Assembly: GCA_964057225.1 (NCBI GenBank)
Contig: OZ059896.1
Coordinates: 21,886,001 to 21,950,000 of the forward strand
DNA length: 64,000 nucleotides
Reading direction: 5' to 3'
Origin: Auanema rhodensis
Taxonomy: Eukaryota > Animalia > Nematoda
Shown here: piece after piece, positions 41,400 to 51,929 of the stretch
Layout of the letters: the number at the start of each line of letters is the position of its first letter
How positions within the stretch are numbered: the first letter of the stretch is position 1
The notes under the pieces: generated by a model
The model's input: the letters and a program-made list of their open reading frames with translations, nothing else
What the model was told of the DNA's origin: nothing
Database searches by the model: none
Program-made: the position numbers and the translations under genes

Positions 41400-44300
41400 T
41401 AAGCGTTTCTCAATGTAGTATAGTGCATTCGATGCGGATTTTTAAGCTGCGTCGATCTGTGTTATCAGATTTGCGCTAGCTTAAAAATGCACCGAGATAT
41501 CAACTGATATATGTTCACACTTATATCCTCGATTTTCACCCTGAAGAATTAATTTTTTCGTCGAATAACATTGTCCATCGTCTTTGCCTTGAAGAAAGGA
41601 ATCTAAAAACATCTACTTTTTGCTAAATTATTCTGAAATTTTTCGAAAAAATTTTTGTCAAAATGTTTTTGGAAGCAATGTTGAGTGTACATGGAAACTC
41701 AACATACACTAATGCATCATTTTTCAAACGATCATAACTAATTTTTGTATTAAGCGTTTCTCAATGTAGTATAGTGCATTCGATGCGGATTTTTAAGCTG
41801 CGTCGATCTGTGTTATCAGATTTGCGCTAGCTTAAAAATGCACCGAGATATCAACTGATATCTGTTCACACTTATATCCTCGATTTTCACCCTGAAGAAT
41901 TATTTTTTTCGTTGAATAACATTGTCCATCGTCTTTGCTTCGAAAAAAGGAATCTAAAAACATCTACTTTTTGCTAAATTATTTTGAAATTTTTCGAAAA
42001 AATTTTTGTCAAAATGTTTTTGGAAGCAATGTTGAGTGTACATGGAAACTCAACATACACTAATGCATCATTTTTCAAACGATCATAACTAATTTTTGTA
42101 TTAAGCGTTTCTCAATGTAGTATAGTGCATTCGATGCGGATTTTTAAGCTGCGTCGATCTGTGTTGTCAGATTTGCGCTAGCTTAAAAATGCACCGAGAT
42201 ATCAACTGATATAAGTTCACACTTATAGCCTCGATTTTCACCCTGAAGAATTAATTTTTTTGTTGAATAACATTGTCCATCGTCTTTGCTTTGAAAAAAG
42301 GAATCTAAAAACATCTACTTTTTGCTAAATTATTTTGAAATTTTTCGAAAAAATTTTTGTCAAAATGTTTTTGGAAGCAATGTTGAGTGTACATGGAAAC
42401 TCAACATACACTAATGCATCATTTTTCAAACGATCATAACTAATTTCTGTTATAAGCGTTTCTCAATGTAGTATAGTGCATTCGATGCGGATTTTTAAGC
42501 TGCGTCGATCTGTGTTATCAGATTTGCGCTAGCTTAAAAATGCACCGAGATATCAACTGATATAAGTTCACACTTATATCCTCGATTTTCACCCTGAAGA
42601 ATTAATTTTTTCGTTGAATAACATTGTCCATCGTCTTTGCTTTGAAAAAAGGAATCTAAAAACATCTACTTTTTGCTAAATTATTTTGAAATTTTTCGAA
42701 AAAATTTTTGTCAAAATGTTTTTGGAAGCAATGTTGAGTGTACATGGAAACTCAACATACACTAAAGCATCATTTTTCAAACGATCATAACTAATTTTTG
42801 TATTAAGCGTTTCTCAATGTAGTATAGTGCATTCGCTGCGGATTTTTAAGCTGCGTCGATCTGTGTTATCAGATTTGCGCTAGCTTAAAAATGCACCGAG
42901 ATATCAACTGATATAAGTTCACACTTATATCCTCGATTTTCACCCTGAAGAATTAATTTTTTCGTTGAATAACATTGTCCATCGTCTTTGCTTTGAAAAA
43001 AGGAATCTAAAAACATCTACTTTTTGCTAAATTATTTTGAAATTTTTCGAAAAAATTTTTGTCAAAATGTTTTTGGAAGCAATGTTGAGTGTACATGGAA
43101 ACTCAACATACACTAATGCATCATTTTTCAAACGATCATAACTAATTTTTGTATTAAGCGTTTCTCAATGTAGTTTAGTGCATTCGATGCGGATTTTTAA
43201 GCTGCGTCGATCTGTGTTATCAGATTTGCGCTAGCTTAAAAATGCACCGAGATATCAACTGATATAAGTTCACACTTATATCCTCGATTTTCACCCTGAA
43301 GAATTAATTTTTTCGTTGAATAACATTGTCCATCGTCTTTGCCTTGAAAAAAGGAATCTAAAAACATCTACTTTTTGCTAAATTATTTTGAAATTTTTCG
43401 AAAAAATTTTTGTCAAAATGTTTTTGGAAACAATGTTGAGTGTACATGGAAACTCAACATACACTAATGCATCATTTTTCAAACGATCATAACTAATTTC
43501 TGTATTAAGCGTTTCTCAATGTAGTATAGTGCATTCGATGCGGATTTTTAAGCTGCGTCGATCTGTGTTATCAGATTTGCGCTAGCTTAAAAATGCACCG
43601 AGATATCAACTGATATAAGTTCACACTTATAGCCTCGATTTTCACCCTGAAGAATTATTTTTTTCGTTGAATAACCATGTCCATCGTCTTTGCCTTGAAA
43701 AAAGGAATCTAAAAACATCTACTTTTTGCTAAATTATTTTGAAATTTTTCGAAAAAATTTTTGTCAAAATGTTTTTGGAAACAATGTTGAGTGTACATGG
43801 AAACTCAACATACACTAATGCATCATTTTTCAAACGATCATAACTAATTTCTGTATAAAGCGTTTCTCAATGTAGTATAGTGCATTCGATGCGGATTTTT
43901 AAGCTGCGTCGATCTGTGTTATCAGATTTGCGCTAGCTTAAAAATGCACCGAGATATCAACTGATATCTGTTCACACTTATATCCTCGAGTTTCACCCTG
44001 AAGAATTATTTTTTTCGTTGAATAACATTGTCCATCGTCTTTGCCTTGAAAAAAGGAATCTAAAAACTTCTACTTTTTGCTAAATTATTTTGAAATTTTT
44101 CGAAAAAATTTTTGTCAAAATGTTTTTGGAAACAATGTTGAGTGTACATGGAAACTCAACATACACTAATGCATCATTTTTCAAACGATCATAACTAATT
44201 TCTGTATTAAGCGTTTCTCAATGTAGTATAGTGCATTCGATGCGGATTTTTAAGCTGCGTCGATCTGTGTTATCAGATTTGCGCTAGCTTAAAAATGCAC

Positions 44301-46000
44301 CGAGATATCAACTGATATAAGTTCACACTTATATCCTCGATTTTCACCCTGAAGAATTAATTTTTTCGTTGAATAACAATGTCCATCGTCTTTGCCTTGA
44401 AAAAAGGAATCTAAAAACATCTACTTTTTGCTAAATTATTTTGAAATTTTTCGAAAAAATTTTTGTCAAAATGTTTTTGGAAACAATGTTGAGTGTACAT
44501 GGAAACTCAACATACACTAATGCATCATTTTTCAAACGATCATAACTAATTTTTGTATTAAGCGTTTCTCAATGTAGTTTAGTGCATTCGATGCGGATTT
44601 TTAAGCTGCGTCGATCTGTGTTATCAGATTTGCGCTAGCTTAAAAATGCACCGAGATATCAACTGATATCTGTTCACACTTATATCCTCGATTTTCACCC
44701 TGAAGAATTATTTTTTTCGTTGAATAACATTGTCCATCGTCTTTGCTTCGAAAAAAGGAATCTAAAAACATCTACTTTTTGCTAAATTATTTTGAAATTT
44801 TTCGAAAAAATTTTTGTCAAAATGTTTTTGGAAGCAATGTTGAGTGTACATGGAAACTCAACATACACTAATGCATCATTTTTCAAACGATCATAACTAA
44901 TTTTTGTATTAAGCGTTTCTCAATGTAGTTTAGTGCATTCGATGCGGATTTTTAAGCTGCGTCGATCTGTGTTATCAGATTTGCGCTAGCTTAAAAATGC
45001 ACCGAGATATCAACTGATATCTGTTCACACTTATATCCTCGATTTTCACCCTGAAGAATTATTTTTTTCGTTGAATAACATTGTCCATCGTCTTTGCTTC
45101 GAAAAAAGGAATCTAAAAACATCTACTTTTTGCTAAATTATTTTGAAATTTTTCGAAAAAATTTTTGTCAAAATGTTTTTGGAAGCAATGTTGAGTGTAC
45201 ATGGAAACTCAACATACACTAATGCATCATTTTTCAAACGATCATAACTAATTTTTGTATTAAGCGTTTCTCAATGTAGTTTAGTGCATTCGATGCGGAT
45301 TTTTAAGCTGCGTCGATCTGTGTTATCAGATTTGCGCTAGCTTAAAAATGCACCGAGATATCAACTGATATAAGTTCACACTTATATCCTCGATTTTCAC
45401 CCTGAAGAATTAATTTTTTCGTTGAATAACATTGTCCATCGTCTTTGCCTTGAAAAAAGGAATCTAAAAACATCTACTTTTTGCTAAATTATTTTGAAAT
45501 TTTTCGAAAAAATTTTTGTCAAAATGTTTTTGGAAACAATGTTGAGTGTACATGGAAACTCAACATACACTAATGCATCATTTTTCAAACGATCATAACT
45601 AATTTCTGTATTAAGCGTTTCTCAATGTAGTATAGTGCATTCGATGCGGATTTTTAAGCTGCGTCGATCTGTGTTATCAGATTTGCGCTAGCTTAAAAAT
45701 GCACCGAGATATCAACTGATATAAGTTCACACTTATATCCTCGATTTTCACCCTGAAGAATTAATTTTTTCGTTGAATAACAATGTCCATCGTCTTTGCC
45801 TTGAAAAAAGGAATCTAAAAACATCTACTTTTTGCTAAATTATTTTGAAATTTTTCGAAAAAATTTTTGTCAAAATGTTTTTGGAAGCAATGTTGAGTGT
45901 ACATGGAAACTCAACATACACTAATGCATCATTTTTCAAACGATCATAACTAATTTTTGTATTAAGCGTTTCTCAATGTAGTATAGTGCATTCGATGCGG

Positions 46001-46051
46001 ATTTTTAAGCTGCGTCGATCTGTGTTATCAGATTTGCGCTAGCTTAAAAAT
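46001..46051. other. Intra-monomer inverted repeat 1 (example copy; present in every monomer, with variants)
   Basis: ATTTTTAAGCT (46001-46011) and AGCTTAAAAAT (46041-46051) are perfect 11-bp arms. The 29-nt spacer also pairs partly (GCG/CGC and ATCTG/CAGAT around a TGTTAT loop). Confidence 0.9.
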
Positions 46052-46055
46052 GCAC

Positions 46056-46094
46056 CGAGATATCAACTGATATAAGTTCACACTTATATCCTCG
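46056..46094. other. Intra-monomer inverted repeat 2 (overlapping GATAT/ATATC dyads)
   Basis: GATATAAGT-TCAC-ACTTATATC (46069-46090) has 9-bp arms. It overlaps ATATCA-AC-TGATAT (46060-46073). An outer CGAGATAT...ATATCCTCG pair closes with a 1-nt bulge. Confidence 0.9.
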
Positions 46095-46164
46095 ATTTTC
46101 ACCCTGAAGAATTAATTTTTTCGTTGAATAACAATGTCCATCGTCTTTGCCTTGAAAAAAGGAA

Positions 46165-46236
46165 TCTAAAAACATCTACTTTTTGCTAAATTATTTTGAA
46201 ATTTTTCGAAAAAATTTTTGTCAAAATGTTTTTGGA
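46165..46236. other. Intra-monomer inverted repeat 3 (A/T-tract palindrome region)
   Basis: TTTTTCGAAAAA is a perfect 12-bp palindrome (46202-46213). It is flanked by ATTTTGA (46193-46199) and TCAAAAT (46221-46227). TCTAAAAACAT (46165-46175) and ATGTTTTTGGA (46226-46236) match 10/11. Confidence 0.85.
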
Positions 46237-46240
46237 AGCA

Positions 46241-46268
46241 ATGTTGAGTGTACATGGAAACTCAACAT
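46241..46268. other. Intra-monomer inverted repeat 4 (28-bp quasi-palindrome)
   Basis: ATGTTGAGT-GTACATGGAA-ACTCAACAT has perfect 9-bp arms and is symmetric about a central CATG, with only two mismatched pairs. Confidence 0.92.
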
Positions 46269-49200
46269 ACACTAATGCATCATTTTTCAAACGATCATAA
46301 CTAATTTTTGTATTAAGCGTTTCTCAATGTAGTATAGTGCATTCGATGCGGATTTTTAAGCTGCGTCGATCTGTGTTATCAGATTTGCGCTAGCTTAAAA
46401 ATGCACCGAGATATCAACTGATATAAGTTCACACTTATATCCTCGATTTTCACCCTGAAGAATTAATTTTTTCGTTGAATAACAATGTCCATCGTCTTTG
46501 CCTTGAAAAAAGGAATCTAAAAACATCTACTTTTTGCTAAATTATTTTGAAATTTTTCGAAAAAATTTTTGTCAAAATGTTTTTGGAAGCAATGTTGAGT
46601 GTACATGGAAACTCAACATACACTAATGCATCATTTTTCAAACGATCATAACTAATTTTTGTATTAAGCGTTTCTCAATGTAGTATAGTGCATTCGATGC
46701 GGATTTTTAAGCTGCGTCGATCTGTGTTATCAGATTTGCGCTAGCTTAAAAATGCACCGAGATATCAACTGATATAAGTTCACACTTATATCCTCGATTT
46801 TCACCCTGAAGAATTAATTTTTTCGTTGAATAACAATGTCCATCGTCTTTGCCTTGAAAAAAGGAATCTAAAAACATCTACTTTTTGCTAAATTATTTTG
46901 AAATTTTTCGAAAAAATTTTTGTCAAAATGTTTTTGGAAGCAATGTTGAGTGTACATGGAAACTCAACATACACTAATGCATCATTTTTCAAACGATCAT
47001 AACTAATTTTTGTATTAAGCGTTTCTCAATGTAGTATAGTGCATTCGATGCGGATTTTTAAGCTGCGTCGATCTGTGTTATCAGATTTGCGCTAGCTTAA
47101 AAATGCACCGAGATATCAACTGATATAAGTTCACACTTATATCCTCGATTTTCACCCTGAAGAATTAATTTTTTCGTTGAATAACAATGTCCATCGTCTT
47201 TGCCTTGAAAAAAGGAATCTAAAAACATCTACTTTTTGCTAAATTATTTTGAAATTTTTCGAAAAAATTTTTGTCAAAATGTTTTTGGAAGCAATGTTGA
47301 GTGTACATGGAAACTCAACATACACTAATGCATCATTTTTCAAACGATCATAACTAATTTTTGTATTAAGCGTTTCTCAATGTAGTATAGTGCATTCGAT
47401 GCGGATTTTTAAGCTGCGTCGATCTGTGTTATCAGATTTGCGCTAGCTTAAAAATGCACCGAGATATCAACTGATATAAGTTCACACTTATATCCTCGAT
47501 TTTCACCCTGAAGAATTAATTTTTTCGTTGAATAACAATGTCCATCGTCTTTGCCTTGAAAAAAGGAATCTAAAAACATCTACTTTTTGCTAAATTATTT
47601 TGAAATTTTTCGAAAAAATTTTTGTCAAAATGTTTTTGGAAGCAATGTTGAGTGTACATGGAAACTCAACATACACTAATGCATCATTTTTCAAACGATC
47701 ATAACTAATTTTTGTATTAAGCGTTTCTCAATGTAGTATAGTGCATTCGATGCGGATTTTTAAGCTGCGTCGATCTGTGTTATCAGATTTGCGCTAGCTT
47801 AAAAATGCACCGAGATATCAACTGATATAAGTTCACACTTATATCCTCGATTTTCACCCTGAAGAATTAATTTTTTCGTTGAATAACAATGTCCATCGTC
47901 TTTGCCTTGAAAAAAGGAATCTAAAAACATCTACTTTTTGCTAAATTATTTTGAAATTTTTCGAAAAAATTTTTGTCAAAATGTTTTTGGAAGCAATGTT
48001 GAGTGTACATGGAAACTCAACATACACTAATGCATCATTTTTCAAACGATCATAACTAATTTTTGTATTAAGCGTTTCTCAATGTAGTATAGTGCATTCG
48101 ATGCGGATTTTTAAGCTGCGTCGATCTGTGTTGTCAGATTTGCGCTAGCTTAAAAATGCACCGAGATATCAACTGATATAAGTTCACACTTATAGCCTCG
48201 ATTTTCACCCTGAAGAATTAATTTTTTTGTTGAATAACATTGTCCATCGTCTTTGCTTTGAAAAAAGGAATCTAAAAACATCTACTTTTTGCTAAATTAT
48301 TTTGAAATTTTTCGAAAAAATTTTTGTCAAAATGTTTTTGGAAGCAATGTTGAGTGTACATGGAAACTCAACATACACTAATGCATCATTTTTCAAACGA
48401 TCATAACTAATTTCTGTTATAAGCGTTTCTCAATGTAGTATAGTGCATTCGATGCGGATTTTTAAGCTGCGTCGATCTGTGTTATCAGATTTGCGCTAGC
48501 TTAAAAATGCACCGAGATATCAACTGATATAAGTTCACACTTATATCCTCGATTTTCACCCTGAAGAATTAATTTTTTCGTTGAATAACATTGTCCATCG
48601 TCTTTGCTTTGAAAAAAGGAATCTAAAAACATCTACTTTTTGCTAAATTATTTTGAAATTTTTCGAAAAAATTTTTGTCAAAATGTTTTTGGAAGCAATG
48701 TTGAGTGTACATGGAAACTCAACATACACTAATGCATCATTTTTCAAACGATCATAACTAATTTTTGTATTAAGCGTTTCTCAATGTAGTATAGTGCATT
48801 CGCTGCGGATTTTTAAGCTGCGTCGATCTGTGTTATCAGATTTGCGCTAGCTTAAAAATGCACCGAGATATCAACTGATATAAGTTCACACTTATATCCT
48901 CGATTTTCACCCTGAAGAATTAATTTTTTCGTTGAATAACATTGTCCATCGTCTTTGCTTTGAAAAAAGGAATCTAAAAACATCTACTTTTTGCTAAATT
49001 ATCTTGAAATTTTTCGAAAAAATTTTTGTCAAAATGTTTTTGGAAGCAATGTTGAGTGTACATGGAAACTCAACATACACTAATGCATCATTTTTCAAAC
49101 GATCATAACTAATTTCTGTTATAAGCGTTTCTCAATGTAGTATAGTGCATTCGATGCGGATTTTTAAGCTGCGTCGATCTGTGTTATCAGATTTGCGCTA

Positions 49201-51929
49201 GCTTAAAAATGCACCGAGATATCAACTGATATCTGTTCACACTTATATCCTCGATTTTCACCCTGAAGAATTATTTTTTTCGTTGAATAACATTGTCCAT
49301 CGTCTTTGCTTTGAAAAAAGGAATCTAAAAACATCTACTTTTTGCTAAATTATCTTGAAATTTTTCGAAAAAATTTTTGTCAAAATGTTTTTGGAAGCAA
49401 TGTTGAGTGTACATGGAAACTCAACATACACTAATGCATCATTTTTCAAACGATCATAACTAATTTCTGTTATAAGCGTTTCTCAATGTAGTATAGTGCA
49501 TTCGATGCGGATTTTTAAGCTGCGTCGATCTGTGTTATCAGATTTGCGCTAGCTTAAAAATGCACCGAGATATCAACTGATATCTGTTCACACTTATATC
49601 CTCGATTTTCACCCTGAAGAATTATTTTTTTCGTTGAATAACCATGTCCATCGTCTTTGCCTTGAAAAAAGGAATCTAAAAACATCTACTTTTTGCTAAA
49701 TTATTTTGAAATTTTTCGAAAAAATTTTTGTCAAAATGTTTTTGGAAGCAATGTTGAGTGTACATGGAAACTCAACATACACTAAAGCATCATTTTTCAA
49801 ACGATCATAACTAATTTTTGTATTAAGCGTTTCTCAATGTAGTATAGTGCATTCGCTGCGGATTTTTAAGCTGCGTCGATCTGTGTTATCAGATTTGCGC
49901 TAGCTTAAAAATGCACCGAGATATCAACTGATATAAGTTCACACTTATATCCTCGATTTTCACCCTGAAGAATTAATTTTTTCGTTGAATAACATTGTCC
50001 ATCGTCTTTGCTTTGAAAAAAGGAATCTAAAAACATCTACTTTTTGCTAAATTATTTTGAAATTTTTCGAAAAAATTTTTGTCAAAATGTTTTTGGAAGC
50101 AATGTTGAGTGTACATGGAAACTCAACATACACTAATGCATCATTTTTCAAACGATCATAACTAATTTTTGTATTAAGCGTTTCTCAATGTAGTATAGTG
50201 CATTCGCTGCGGATTTTTAAGCTGCGTCGATCTGTGTTATCAGATTTGCGCTAGCTTAAAAATGCACCGAGATATCAACTGATATAAGTTCACACTTATA
50301 TCCTCGATTTTCACCCTGAAGAATTAATTTTTTCGTTGAATAACATTGTCCATCGTCTTTGCTTTGAAAAAAGGAATCTAAAAACATCTACTTTTTGCTA
50401 AATTATTTTGAAATTTTTCGAAAAAATTTTTGTCAAAATGTTTTTGGAAGCAATGTTGAGTGTACATGGAAACTCAACATACACTAATGCATCATTTTTC
50501 AAACGATCATAACTAATTTCTGTTATAAGCGTTTCTCAATGTAGTATAGTGCATTCGATGCGGATTTTTAAGCTGCGTCGATCTGTGTTATCAGATTTGC
50601 GCTAGCTTAAAAATGCACCGAGATATCAACTGATATCTGTTCACACTTATATCCTCGATTTTCACCCTGAAGAATTATTTTTTTCGTTGAATAACCATGT
50701 CCATCGTCTTTGCCTTGAAAAAAGGAATCTAAAAACATCTACTTTTTGCTAAATTATTTTGAAATTTTTCGAAAAAATTTTTGTCAAAATGTTTTTGGAA
50801 ACAATGTTGAGTGTACATGGAAACTCAACATACACTAATGCATCATTTTTCAAACAATCATAACTAATTTTTGTATTAAGCGTTTCTCAATGTAGTATAG
50901 TGCATTCGATGCGGATTTTTAAGCTGTGTCGATCTGTGTTATCAGATTTGCGCTAGCTTAAAAATGCACCGAGATATCAACTGATATCTGTTCACACTTA
51001 TATCCTCGATTTTCACCCTGAAGAATTATTTTTTTCGTTGAATAACCATGTCCATCGTCTTTGCCTTGAAAAAAGGAATCTAAAAACATCTACTTTTTGC
51101 TAAATTATTTTGAAATTTTTCGAAAAAATTTTTGTCAAAATGTTTTTGGAAACAATGTTGAGTGTACATGGAAACTCAACATACACTAATGCATCATTTT
51201 TCAAACGATCATAACTAATTTCTGTATTAAGCGTTTCTCAATGTAGTATAGTGCATTCGATGCGGATTTTTAAGCTGCGTCGATCTGTGTTATCAGATTT
51301 GCGCTAGCTTAAAAATGCACCGAGATATCAACTGATATAAGTTCACACTTATATCCTCGATTTTCACCCTGAAGAATTAATTTTTTCGTTGAATAACATT
51401 GTCCATCGTCTTTGCTTTGAAAAAAGGAATCTAAAAACATCTACTTTTTGCTAAATTATTTTGAAATTTTTCGAAAAAATTTTTGTCAAAATGTTTTTGG
51501 AAGCAATGTTGAGTGTACATGGAAACTCAACATACACTAATGCATCATTTTTCAAACGATCATAACTAATTTTTGTATTAAGCGTTTCTCAATGTAGTAT
51601 AGTGCATTCGCTGCGGATTTTTAAGCTGCGTCGATCTGTGTTATCAGATTTGCGCTAGCTTAAAAATGCACCGAGATATCAACTGATATAAGTTCACACT
51701 TATATCCTCGATTTTCACCCTGAAGAATTAATTTTTTCGTTGAATAACATTGTCCATCGTCTTTGCTTTGAAAAAAGGAATCTAAAAACATCTACTTTTT
51801 GCTAAATTATTTTGAAATTTTTCGAAAAAATTTTTGTCAAAATGTTTTTGGAAGCAATGTTGAGTGTACATGGAAACTCAACATACACTAATGCATCATT
51901 TTTCAAACGATCATAACTAATTTCTGTTA

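Larger units (their letters stand above)
45963..46313 (+). repeat. Representative 351-bp monomer (near consensus)
   Basis: Runs from taagcgtttctc at 45963 to ...aatttttgtat at 46313; the next unit starts at 46314. It differs from the right-domain majority only by aacaat versus aacatt. Confidence 0.97.
45612..48068 (+). repeat. Run of 7 apparently identical monomers
   Basis: Monomers at 45612, 45963, 46314, 46665, 47016, 47367 and 47718 all carry aacaat and ggaagc, with no other variant visible by eye. Confidence 0.85.

Noticed and set aside
46119-46135. CENP-B-box-like motif (TTCGTTG...; also TTCGatgCGG at 45991-46000)
   Set aside because: The first lacks the essential CGGG half of nTTCGnnnnAnnCGGGn. 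The second has the wrong spacing. Likely chance similarity.
45963-46313. Tandem 5S rRNA, tRNA, snRNA or spliced-leader gene array
   Set aside because: I recognise no 5S or tRNA sequence, cloverleaf, Pol III A/B/C boxes or SL exon. An Infernal/Rfam search would be the formal test.
45963-46313. Monomer as a diverged dimer of ~175-bp subunits
   Set aside because: No convincing similarity between the two halves by eye. The internal similarity is inverted rather than direct.
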